From: an uncultured Candidatus Bathyarchaeia archaeon
Lineage (GTDB): Archaea > Thermoproteota > Bathyarchaeia > Bathyarchaeales > DTEX01
Length of the DNA stretch: 64,000 bases
Direction: 5' to 3'
NCBI GenBank assembly: GCA_964508155.1
Contig: CAZDRE010000001.1
Coordinates: 69,174-133,173, forward strand
Under the pieces are notes generated by a model. The model was not told the DNA's origin, did no database searches, and saw only the letters and a list, made by a program, of their open reading frames with translations. A program made the position numbers and the translations under genes. Shown piece by piece: positions 18,525-27,381 of the stretch. Position 1 is the stretch's first letter. Each line of letters opens with the position of its first letter.

Positions 18525-19172
18525 TTGATCATGAAGGAAGAATGCACGGTCTATATTAGATTTTACAGCGAGAAGACCGGGAAGTTTTATAGGCTAGTTA
18601 AAACAAAGACTTGGCCTTATCTCGAGATATCCGGGATTCGCATGCATAGGGCCGACACCGTTGATCCGAAGATGGATGCTTTATTGAAGATTAGAGCGTT
18701 GGGGAGGATCTACGGGACTATTCTGGACTCATGCACTGGATTGGGTTATACTGCGATATTAGCCGCGAGGAACAAAAACGTTAGGAGGGTTATCACGATT
18801 GAGAAGGATGAGAATGTCATATTCATCGCAAGGAAGAATCCATACTCAAGGGACCTGTTCGAGAATAAGAAGATAGAATTGATCGTTGGAGATACCTTTC
18901 AGGAAGTAAGGAAATTTAGGGATGGATACTTCAACTTTATAATCCACGATCCCCCTAGAATCTCGATTGCCCCAGAATTATACTCGCTGGAGTTTTATAG
19001 GCAGCTCCACCGCATACTCAGAGTGAATGGCAGAATCCTACATTACGTCGGCAGACCCGGCATTAGGCAGGGGAAAAGATACGTTAAGGGCATAATAAGG
19101 AGACTTAGATCCGCTGGATTTTCAAGGATAAGAAGGGATGAGCCGTCCTTAAGTCTGATAATTGAGAAGTGA
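18525..19172 (+). CDS. Class I SAM-dependent methyltransferase with DPPR motif (nucleic-acid N-methylase type)
   Basis: 215 aa. Has LDSCTGLGYTAI (motif I) and IIHDPPR (motif IV). Divergent from tmcA. Confidence 0.65.
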   Translation: MIMKEECTVYIRFYSEKTGKFYRLVKTKTWPYLEISGIRMHRADTVDPKMDALLKIRALGRIYGTILDSCTGLGYTAILAARNKNVRRVITIEKDENVIFIARKNPYSRDLFENKKIELIVGDTFQEVRKFRDGYFNFIIHDPPRISIAPELYSLEFYRQLHRILRVNGRILHYVGRPGIRQGKRYVKGIIRRLRSAGFSRIRRDEPSLSLIIEK

Positions 19173-19181
19173 GACTCTACG

Positions 19182-19997
19182 TCATCTTTTTAGGAGAAAC
19201 CGGGCTGCTCCAATCGCCGTGCAATACTCCCCATTCTCCGGTATTATCGGCTCTATCCCAAATAGTCCCATAGTATCCTCTATTATCTCTGATGCCAATT
19301 TGCTTCTGACAAGTCCGCCAGTAACGACGACGCTATTACTTAGGCCGTAGGCTTTAGCAGCCATAGCCCCGACAACCCCTATCACCTGACAGACCATATT
19401 GAAGATTCCAGCCGACACATCTTCCCTGGATGCCTCGGCCTTTATCCTCCCAAAGTTCGAGGCTGTCGCCTCAGATGGAACTATTCCGATCGGTCCTCCA
19501 ACTATATCTGAGACTTTCAGATCGACTTTACCGGGATCTCCATTGATGGCTAATTCTTCGATCTCCCGGAAATCGCATGTTCCGAGCATTCTCATCGAGA
19601 GTCCAAGCAGCGTTCCCCCTCCAACTCCTGTTCCGCCCACATGCACTATCCTCTTTCCAGTATCGTATGCTGCAACTATCGCCGTTCCAGTTCCAGCATT
19701 AACTATTAGAGCCTCCTTTCTCTTGGATAGCATTAATCCCCCAAGTCCAATAGCCTGTATCTCATCGACCTTCACTGTTGGAAGGCCTAGAAGATCACGC
19801 TTAATTTTCCTGGATCCTCCACCCGAGATCCCAACTGCCTGAACTGAGTCTGAGCGTTCATCAAGTAGGATCTTTAAGGTCTTTAGGGCTGACTTGGCCT
19901 TCTCATCCGTTACGATTGAAAATTTCTTAAGTATCTTATCATTCTCTATTAAGACGCCCTTTGTCAGATATGCACCTACATCTATCCCAACGATCAT
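19182..19997 (-). CDS. coaW: Type II pantothenate kinase (CoaW/fumble family, ASKHA fold)
   Basis: 271 aa. The blocks VGIDVGAYLTK, VNAGTGTAIV, HVGGTGVGGGTLLGLS, GDPGKVDLKVSDI and ENGEYCTAIGA align with staphylococcal CoaW as I remember it. Confidence 0.8.
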   Translation of the reverse strand: MIVGIDVGAYLTKGVLIENDKILKKFSIVTDEKAKSALKTLKILLDERSDSVQAVGISGGGSRKIKRDLLGLPTVKVDEIQAIGLGGLMLSKRKEALIVNAGTGTAIVAAYDTGKRIVHVGGTGVGGGTLLGLSMRMLGTCDFREIEELAINGDPGKVDLKVSDIVGGPIGIVPSEATASNFGRIKAEASREDVSAGIFNMVCQVIGVVGAMAAKAYGLSNSVVVTGGLVRSKLASEIIEDTMGLFGIEPIIPENGEYCTAIGAARFLLKR

Positions 19998-20833
19998 TAT
20001 TGATTCTTCCAGTGCCCTGTTATTTTTCTAGCCCTTTTTATTAGATATGCGAATGTCAATCCGGAAGCTATCGTCGCAGCTGAGCCTAACAGTAATGTTT
20101 CTGGCGGGAGTTTGCCGGCGAATATCATCCTTCCGCTAGGAATCAATGATGTTAGGCAGTATATCGCCATTAGTATCATGGCGATCGCTAAAGAGGACTT
20201 TATAATGTCCATGGGCTTCTCCCAAACCAGATCACAGTCTCCCTCAAATCCCATCCTCTCCAATGAGGGCTTAACACATCTGATTATTACTGGAACTAGG
20301 GGAACCATGAAGATTATCATGGTTACAAGCCAGAACAAGGTGAGGCCCGCTGTTATGGCAAACTTCACATTTAACGGTAGGGGAGCCCAGCTCGGAACTA
20401 TAAACCAGAAGTATGCTAGGACCCCAAGTGCCGCAACCAGATTTCCAATGAGCAGGGCGATGAAGCTACTCATTATGAATGCAGATAAACTTCTCCACTT
20501 TGAAATTAAGTATCCAAGGACGTAAAATCCAATAAGATTTCCGGGGACGCCTGCTATTAGACTTAGTAGTGGAGTTGTTAATCCGAAGAAGGAGAGGGCG
20601 AAGTCCCCTATGAAGCATCCTATTGCGGCTCCAACGCCTCCTATGAATGGACCGAAGACTACTGAAAAGAAAGCTGGAATTACGACTCCCGGACGGAAAT
20701 GCCCAACCCCCCAGGGCGTTGGGATGGGGGATGTCACGGCGATAGCAACGGCGTAAAGGGCGGCATTTACAGAGATAAGTGAGAGCTTCTTTGCCGCGGA
20801 TAATTCCATAAGGTTGTCATTTGATCCAGCCAA
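19997..20833 (-). CDS. Polytopic membrane protein, ECF S-component/QueT-like (candidate vitamin transporter)
   Basis: 278 aa with about 7 TM helices. Contains HFRPGVVIPAFFSVVFGPFIGGVGAAIGCFIGD. Its stop overlaps the PanK start (TAATG). Confidence 0.55.
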   Translation of the reverse strand: MAGSNDNLMELSAAKKLSLISVNAALYAVAIAVTSPIPTPWGVGHFRPGVVIPAFFSVVFGPFIGGVGAAIGCFIGDFALSFFGLTTPLLSLIAGVPGNLIGFYVLGYLISKWRSLSAFIMSSFIALLIGNLVAALGVLAYFWFIVPSWAPLPLNVKFAITAGLTLFWLVTMIIFMVPLVPVIIRCVKPSLERMGFEGDCDLVWEKPMDIIKSSLAIAMILMAIYCLTSLIPSGRMIFAGKLPPETLLLGSAATIASGLTFAYLIKRARKITGHWKNQ

Positions 20834-20988
20834 TCTGATCCTCTCGTCGAGATCACATTTATATCCCCTTCATTTTCTCGCAATCTATAAGAATTTTCTA
20901 TGAATTGTCCATACTTGTCAATACTGTTTAGAAGTAATTCATAAATAGAGATCTCTGCCTATCCGGTGGATAGGGCAGGAATTGACAG

Positions 20989-21468
20989 TTGAGACGTAAA
21001 TTTAGGGTAGTTGGGGTCGGCGGGACGTTCGATGAGCTGCATAAGGGGCATAAGGCCCTCCTAGAGAGGGCGTTTGAAGTCGGCGATATAGTCTGGATTG
21101 GATTGACCACCGATGAATTCGCAGCGAAGCTTGGGAAGGAGCATGAGGTATCGCCTTATCATGTGCGATTAAATATGCTTAGACGCTTCTTGAGGGAGAA
21201 AGGCCTCCTACATAGAGCTGAGATTATGCCCCTCAATGATCCATGCGGGCCAGCTGCTACAAGCCCGGAGATAGAGGCCATCGTTGTCAGCCGAGAAACT
21301 GAGGCCGGCGCTTACAAGATTAATATTCTCAGAATGAAGCGGGGTCTTCCGCCGATTAAGGTCATAGTTATAGATATGGTTCCAGCAGAGGATCACGTGC
21401 CCATATCGACTACTCGAATAAAGCGTGGGGAGATTGATCGTTGGGGCCGCCTGCTGATAAGGAGGTAA
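20989..21468 (+). CDS. coaD: Phosphopantetheine adenylyltransferase, archaeal/eukaryotic type
   Basis: 159 aa. Has the cytidylyltransferase motif GGTFDELHKGH and a C-terminal ISTTRIKRGE. Confidence 0.8.
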   Translation: MRRKFRVVGVGGTFDELHKGHKALLERAFEVGDIVWIGLTTDEFAAKLGKEHEVSPYHVRLNMLRRFLREKGLLHRAEIMPLNDPCGPAATSPEIEAIVVSRETEAGAYKINILRMKRGLPPIKVIVIDMVPAEDHVPISTTRIKRGEIDRWGRLLIRR

Positions 21469-21546
21469 ACTTGAGACATGAAAACACGCCGTAGATTCAG
21501 ATTAAATTTAAAGGTGCGGCTGCAAATCATTTATTTGTGAGACGAT

Positions 21547-22680
21547 TTGAAGAGGGCTGGATTCGCTGAGCTTCCACTGCATGGTGGGAGGGCTCCAGCA
21601 TGGCTTGTGAAGAGGATGATTAAACTAGCCAACTGCATTGTAACCGTGATAATCGACGAGTATGGAAGGGATCTATTTCTTAGGAGACTGGCCGATCCCT
21701 ACTGGTTTCAGGCTTTAGGCTGTGTTTTAGGTTATGATTGGCATTCATCAGGTTTAACGACCGTTCTTACGGGGGTTCTTAAGTCCGCAATTGACCCTTC
21801 TGAGTTTGGGTTGGCGGTTTGCGGCGGTAAGGGCAGAGTATCCAGGATGGCTCCATCAGAGATTCTCTCGGCTGGAGAGAAGCTCGGCTTATCAACCAGC
21901 AGGATCGATGAGATGGTATACGCGAGTAGGATGAGCGCTAAGGTTGATAATTCAGCCCTTCAAGATGGGTATCAACTCTATCATCATGCATTCTTTATGA
22001 CTGAGGATGGGAAGTGGACGGTCATACAGCAGGGAATGAATACTGAGGACAGAACGGCTAGGAGGTATCATTGGCTCTCAGAGAACATTAAGAGTTTTGT
22101 TGTTGAGCCTCACTCGGCGATTATTAGCGAGCATAAAATGCCATGCGTATTAGATATGACGGCGAGGGCGAGCGAAGGATGCAGAAGGACGACAGTTGAT
22201 ATTGTTAAGGAGGATCCGAGGAGGCTCTCTAGGAATCTGCGTCTCCTTCAGAGGTCAAGTCAGAGGATCCTTGATGAGTGGATGCCAATGGATGAGCCTG
22301 CCGGGAAGTTTAAGGTGAAGTTTCTTTCGATGCCTCTTCGGATAAATTGGGATGCGGTGAAGAGGGCCTATGAGTTTCAGCCTAGAAATTACGAGGAGCT
22401 ACTTGGCATAAGGGGTGTTGGACCGGCAACCGTTAGGGGGTTAGCCTTAATATCGGAGCTGATTTACGGCGAGGAACCGTCCTGGAGGGATCCTGTGAAA
22501 TACTCATTTGCGTATGGAGGAAAGGATGGGGTTCCATTTCCAGTTGATCGAAGGGCCATGGACGAGTCTATCCGCATATTGAAGCATGCAATTGAGGAGG
22601 CTAAGTTAAACGATAAGGAAAGACTTAGGTCGCTTAGAAGATTAAGGGAGCTTCTGCCCGGAAGCCCTAAAGCCCCTTAG
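21547..22680 (+). CDS. DUF763 family protein
   Basis: 377 aa. The N-terminus AELPLHGGRAPAWLVKRM...DPYWFQALGCVLGYDWHSSGLTT is as in DUF763 proteins. Confidence 0.7.
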   Translation: MKRAGFAELPLHGGRAPAWLVKRMIKLANCIVTVIIDEYGRDLFLRRLADPYWFQALGCVLGYDWHSSGLTTVLTGVLKSAIDPSEFGLAVCGGKGRVSRMAPSEILSAGEKLGLSTSRIDEMVYASRMSAKVDNSALQDGYQLYHHAFFMTEDGKWTVIQQGMNTEDRTARRYHWLSENIKSFVVEPHSAIISEHKMPCVLDMTARASEGCRRTTVDIVKEDPRRLSRNLRLLQRSSQRILDEWMPMDEPAGKFKVKFLSMPLRINWDAVKRAYEFQPRNYEELLGIRGVGPATVRGLALISELIYGEEPSWRDPVKYSFAYGGKDGVPFPVDRRAMDESIRILKHAIEEAKLNDKERLRSLRRLRELLPGSPKAP

Positions 22681-22892
22681 GACCGCCTCTTCTTCTCTGG
22701 GAATACAATTTCATAGACGGCTATTAATCCCAATGCCACGCCTGCCAGCGAGAATGAGTATGCAATGAATGAGAGCAGATAGCTCTTTTCGATCACCCCG
22801 ATAACCATTAATAAGGATACTAGGAAACTCGTTATCACGAATACTGCGCCAACGATTATCTGCATGTAAATCTTATTCTTCCGAATCTGCAT
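22677..22892 (-). CDS. Small two-TM membrane protein trailing the opp operon
   Basis: 71 aa with two hydrophobic helices. Overlaps the oppF 3' end by 20 nt. Confidence 0.4.
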   Translation of the reverse strand: MQIRKNKIYMQIIVGAVFVITSFLVSLLMVIGVIEKSYLLSFIAYSFSLAGVALGLIAVYEIVFPEKKRRS

Positions 22893-23862
22893 AGAGCCAG
22901 CAACTCACGAGATGTCCTTTTTCGGCCTCGAATTCAGGGGGCTCCTTTACGTTGCAGAGTCCCTTCTTTGCACATATGCATCTCGGATGGAATCTGCATC
23001 CGCTTGGCGGATTAACTAGGCTTGGAGGCTCTCCTGGAGGTATCTCTCTGATCACGAATCTATTCTTTGCATCCGGATCTGGAATTGCCTGCAACAGAGA
23101 CTTCGTATATGGATGTAGAGGATTCTTCAGTAGCTCTCCAGTCAGGCCCTTCTCGATTATCTTTCCAGCATACATTACGTATATCCACTCTGAGAAATAC
23201 CTCGTTGTCGAGAGGTCATGCGTGATATAGATTATGCTCAGATTATGTCTCCTCTGCAATTCTCTTAGCAACGTCAGTATCTCGATCCTCACTGATGCAT
23301 CGAGCATTGAGACGGGTTCATCGGCGATTATTAGCTTCGGATTCAGTATTATTGCCCTTGCGATCACAAGTCTTTGCTGTTGCCCGCCGCTTAGCATGTG
23401 CGGATACTTCTTCAGGTAATCCTCAACTGGAGTCAATCTTACCTCGCTTAGAGCCTTATAGATCCTCTCGCGCCTTTCCTTCTTCTCAACCTTATTTATT
23501 ATCAGCGGCTCCTCGAGTATTCTCATGACGGTCATGAATGGGGGTAGAGCGCCGAATGGATCCTGCTGGACGAATCCTGTCTGCCGCCTATACCATGCCA
23601 TGTCCTTAGGATTCATCTCAGTTACGTCCCTTCCCTCAAAGAATATCTTCCCTCCTGTTGGATGTTCAAGTCCCAGGATCGTCCTTCCAAGGGTTGTCTT
23701 GCCACTTCCGCTCTCTCCCACAAGCGATATGGCCTCCCCCCTCCTCAGGCTGAAGCTCACTCCATCAACTGCCCTAACAAACTCCGTTGCGCCGAATATT
23801 CCCCTCTTTATCTTATACCACTTCCGTAGATCCTGTAGGACTAATAGGGCATCCTCATCCAT
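22873..23862 (-). CDS. oppF: Oligo/dipeptide ABC transporter ATPase (OppF/DppF)
   Basis: 329 aa. Has GESGSGKTT, LSGGQQQR and a C-terminal oligopeptide-type extension with CRFHPRC. Confidence 0.9.
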   Translation of the reverse strand: MDEDALLVLQDLRKWYKIKRGIFGATEFVRAVDGVSFSLRRGEAISLVGESGSGKTTLGRTILGLEHPTGGKIFFEGRDVTEMNPKDMAWYRRQTGFVQQDPFGALPPFMTVMRILEEPLIINKVEKKERRERIYKALSEVRLTPVEDYLKKYPHMLSGGQQQRLVIARAIILNPKLIIADEPVSMLDASVRIEILTLLRELQRRHNLSIIYITHDLSTTRYFSEWIYVMYAGKIIEKGLTGELLKNPLHPYTKSLLQAIPDPDAKNRFVIREIPPGEPPSLVNPPSGCRFHPRCICAKKGLCNVKEPPEFEAEKGHLVSCWLYADSEE

Positions 23863-23868
23863 CTCGGA

Positions 23869-24828
23869 TCACTTCGCATACAACCAGCACTTAACAAATC
23901 CTCCCTCTTCAAGGTGGACTAATGGGGGATCCTTGGAGCATACTGGCATTTTAGATTGGCACCTATCGGCGAATCTGCATCCTTCAGGCGGATTGATGAG
24001 GCTGATCGGCGATCCGGGTATATACTCTGGAGTCCTATCCACTCTAAGAGTTGGAACGCTTGCCATAAGCTTCTGCGAGTATGGATGTAGAGGTGAACTG
24101 TAAAAGCCTTCAGCATCGTTTAACTCAACGATCTGCCCCGCATACATGACCGCTATCTTATCCGCCAATTCACTTGATAGGCCTACATCATGCGTTATGA
24201 GGATAAAGCTTATGCTCGACTCGGCCTTTATCTTCTTAAGCAGATTCATTATGTTCGCCTGCGTCAGAACGTCTAAGGCTGAGGTAGGCTCATCCAGAAT
24301 GATTATCTCGGGATTCATTATTAGGGCCATCGCTATTATCGCCCTCTGCCTCATTCCGCCGCTCAGCTCAAACGGATATCTATCTATGAAGGCATCCGGG
24401 ATCCCAACGAGGGAGAAGGTTTCCCTCGCCTTCTTCAATGCCTCCTCCTTGTTTATTCCCTTATGAACTACTAGTGGCTCGGCAACTTGCTCTCCAACTC
24501 GTATTACCGGGTTGAGCGAGTTTAGAGCTGCTTGGGCAACCATTGATATCCTCTGCCACTGAATACTCCTTCTAAATTGATCCTCATCCATCTCCATGAG
24601 GTCCTCCCCATCCAGGTATATGTGCCCCCTGAAGACCTCAACGTTCCTCGGCAATAGGCGTATCAGACACTTCGCCAGGGAGCTCTTTCCACATCCCGAC
24701 TCTCCGATCAGCGCAAGCGTTTCCCCGCGATCTAACGAGAATGATACTCCGTCAACTGCCTTAAGAGAGCCCATAGTAGTGCGATAGTACATGTATAGGT
24801 CTTTTACCTCGAGGAATGCCCCGCTCAT
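23869..24828 (-). CDS. oppD: Oligo/dipeptide ABC transporter ATPase (OppD/DppD)
   Basis: 319 aa. Has GESGCGKSS, LSGGMRQR and CRFADRC. Confidence 0.9.
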   Translation of the reverse strand: MSGAFLEVKDLYMYYRTTMGSLKAVDGVSFSLDRGETLALIGESGCGKSSLAKCLIRLLPRNVEVFRGHIYLDGEDLMEMDEDQFRRSIQWQRISMVAQAALNSLNPVIRVGEQVAEPLVVHKGINKEEALKKARETFSLVGIPDAFIDRYPFELSGGMRQRAIIAMALIMNPEIIILDEPTSALDVLTQANIMNLLKKIKAESSISFILITHDVGLSSELADKIAVMYAGQIVELNDAEGFYSSPLHPYSQKLMASVPTLRVDRTPEYIPGSPISLINPPEGCRFADRCQSKMPVCSKDPPLVHLEEGGFVKCWLYAK

Positions 24829-26231
24829 ATCTCCTTCAACCTTGGATTGAATATCTTGTCTAGGGAGAAGCCTAGAAGCGCGAATCCCAGCGCTGTTAGT
24901 ATGAGCAGGAATGATGGCTCTAGAACCCAGTAGAAGTAGCCCTTATAGAGGGCGCCGGCTGAGTATGCATCGTCTATGATCTTCCCCCACGTCGGCGCAA
25001 TTGGATCTCCAAGTCCAAGAAGAGCCATCGCCGCCTCGAGGAAGACGAAGTCTGAGACTGAAAGGACAAGGGACGGTATTATCGTAGGCAGAATCTTGGG
25101 TATTAGGTAGAGGAATATTATTCTTAGGCTTCCCGCCCCATAGGCCTTTGCGGCTTCAACGTATGGGAACTCCTTTATCTGTAGGAAGACGGCCCTGTAA
25201 GTCTTGACTCCAGAACCGAATATGCTCAGGGCGATCACGACGAGCAGGAGCATCCAAATATTAAAGCTATAAAAGACGGATAGCATTATGAGCATCGGGA
25301 GGAATGGAAGGATCATATTAACCTCAGTTACCTTCTGAATCACAAAGTCTATCTTATTTGAGTACCACGCGCTTATAGCGGCGATGATCATCTGTATCAT
25401 CGCGATCGTTACGGATGCCACCACCCCAAATGATAGGGCTATCGGCGTTCCCCAGAGCAACGCGATGCTAAGGTCTCTTCTTAAATGATCAGTTCCGGCT
25501 ACTCCATAGACCTTGCCGTAAATTATGAGCTTAACATCCACGTCAACGTTTCTCTCGAAGATTGTTCCCTCAATGAGCATCTTATATTTTCCCTTCAATG
25601 GGGATGCCGTTTCAATCTTGAGGATGGAACTGTCCTCCCTTGCGAATAATCCGATCTCTGGACTAACAGCATAATTAGGTTCCTCCCCGAATTTCCTGTA
25701 GATGTAATCATGAAGCCTCTGCGCTACCTTCTCATCGTTCGATATGTAGTATGCACCTGACTTCTTCAATGTGAGCTCCTTAAGCCTCATCTCTTCCCCT
25801 CCAGGCTTTATCCAGTAGATCGTTATGTGCGGGGATGACTTGCTGTAATTTGCAGTGTAAAAGAGGTTTATCTCGCTTGGAAAGTCATCGTAGGGATAAT
25901 TGAATTCCAGTTCTATTCTCAACTTGCTTGCCCTCTCACCGAATGGCACGATGGCCTTTGTCGCGCCTACACCTCCTTTCCGAGTATCTAATATTATCGT
26001 CTCTGGAAGCTTCTTTGAGAGGAAGAGGTTTATCCAAGAGGGCATGGCATTTCTTGGACATTCAAGCCATATTCCCTCCCCTGCCCTCCAGAGATAGGTT
26101 GCCTCTGAGTATGGTATCGCAATGACCGTGTAGATCGATATGCCTATCAGTAGAATGAGGATCCCCAAGCCCGCCACTGCACATTTATATTGAAGGATCA
26201 ACCTCAACTGATCCTTTATCCTACTGGACAA
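24825..26231 (-). CDS. oppC: Peptide ABC transporter permease (OppC/DppC) with long extracytoplasmic N-terminal insert
   Basis: 468 aa. Has a BPD-type transmembrane domain in the C-terminal half. Confidence 0.85.
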   Translation of the reverse strand: MSSRIKDQLRLILQYKCAVAGLGILILLIGISIYTVIAIPYSEATYLWRAGEGIWLECPRNAMPSWINLFLSKKLPETIILDTRKGGVGATKAIVPFGERASKLRIELEFNYPYDDFPSEINLFYTANYSKSSPHITIYWIKPGGEEMRLKELTLKKSGAYYISNDEKVAQRLHDYIYRKFGEEPNYAVSPEIGLFAREDSSILKIETASPLKGKYKMLIEGTIFERNVDVDVKLIIYGKVYGVAGTDHLRRDLSIALLWGTPIALSFGVVASVTIAMIQMIIAAISAWYSNKIDFVIQKVTEVNMILPFLPMLIMLSVFYSFNIWMLLLVVIALSIFGSGVKTYRAVFLQIKEFPYVEAAKAYGAGSLRIIFLYLIPKILPTIIPSLVLSVSDFVFLEAAMALLGLGDPIAPTWGKIIDDAYSAGALYKGYFYWVLEPSFLLILTALGFALLGFSLDKIFNPRLKEI

Positions 26232-26232
26232 T

Positions 26233-27303
26233 CTACGTCACTCCCAACCTTATGCGTGGGTCTACTATGGCGTATACTATATCGAGCACAAAGACTGTAA
26301 TCGCGAGTAGATAAGCGTAGATCACAACTTCGCCTATTATCACCGGCGAGTCGAATAGGTTCGCGGCCATGTAGAATAGTGTGCCTATCCCAGGCCAATT
26401 GAATACCCTCTCGGTTATTATCGCCCCCATCCAAGAGCTTATTAATGTAAGCGCGAAGTCCGTTATTATGGGCGGTAATGTAGGCCTCAATATGTACCTA
26501 CGCTCGATCATTCTTGGTGGGAGACCCTTAGCCCTAGCCATCTCAACGTAATCTTCACTTGAGAACATGAGGAAAAATGTTCTTCTGACGTATGTCTGTA
26601 TGAAGGCGTATCCTACTAGCCATGAGAGTATAGGTAGCACCATGTGCTTAAGCACGCTTAGGGCATAGCCAACCGTATCCTTAGGCGGGGGAACGTCGAC
26701 TAATCCCCCATAGGGGAGGACGTGGAGGATAGAGGCGAAGATTAGGATCATGAAGATGCCGTAGAACCATCCGGGTATCGACGAGAGAGGAGAGAGACCT
26801 ACGATTAGCTTGTCAAATTTGCTCTCATATTTCCTTGAGGCGTATAGTCCGCCGAAGAGCGAGATGAAGAATAGGATTAGATTTGTCGTTGTGAATAGCA
26901 GTATAGTTGCGGGGAGCCTCTCCAATATTATGTTTTTGACACTTCTTGATCCCGTGTCGCTCGTTAGGTATAGGGCTCTCCCCAACTCTAAGGTTAACGC
27001 CTGAACCAGATACTTGTAGCTTCTAAGGATGAATGGCGTATTTAAGCCAAGCCTCTTTATCTCTTTATGATAGAGCTTCTCTATCAGCTCTCCCTTCTCC
27101 CTCGGAGTTAATCCCTTATATGCGGGGTTCTGATTCACCTGCATGCCTATTCTAAAGCGAACCTCGCTCTTTATGATATTATCTACGTATCCGCCCATAT
27201 TCGCTATGAGTATCGTGATATAAACGGCGATTACAACTACTACTAACAGTGACACACCGCGCGTCAGGGAGTACTTTAAGAACCTGTATAGTTCACGCCT
27301 CAA
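26233..27303 (-). CDS. oppB: Peptide ABC transporter permease (OppB/DppB)
   Basis: 356 aa. Contains an EAA-like segment (YVEMARAKGLPPRMI). Confidence 0.85.
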   Translation of the reverse strand: MRRELYRFLKYSLTRGVSLLVVVVIAVYITILIANMGGYVDNIIKSEVRFRIGMQVNQNPAYKGLTPREKGELIEKLYHKEIKRLGLNTPFILRSYKYLVQALTLELGRALYLTSDTGSRSVKNIILERLPATILLFTTTNLILFFISLFGGLYASRKYESKFDKLIVGLSPLSSIPGWFYGIFMILIFASILHVLPYGGLVDVPPPKDTVGYALSVLKHMVLPILSWLVGYAFIQTYVRRTFFLMFSSEDYVEMARAKGLPPRMIERRYILRPTLPPIITDFALTLISSWMGAIITERVFNWPGIGTLFYMAANLFDSPVIIGEVVIYAYLLAITVFVLDIVYAIVDPRIRLGVT

Positions 27304-27381
27304 CTATTATCACTTAACTCTATTCTGAATAAATAACATTATAAAAAATATTTCGAAAAAATGTGGAGAGATATTTGTGGT

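Noticed and set aside
23525-24103. 192-aa plus-strand ORF across the oppF/oppD junction, and similar plus-strand ORFs within the opp operon.
   Set aside because: They are antisense to ABC ATPase genes that have complete Walker and signature motifs.
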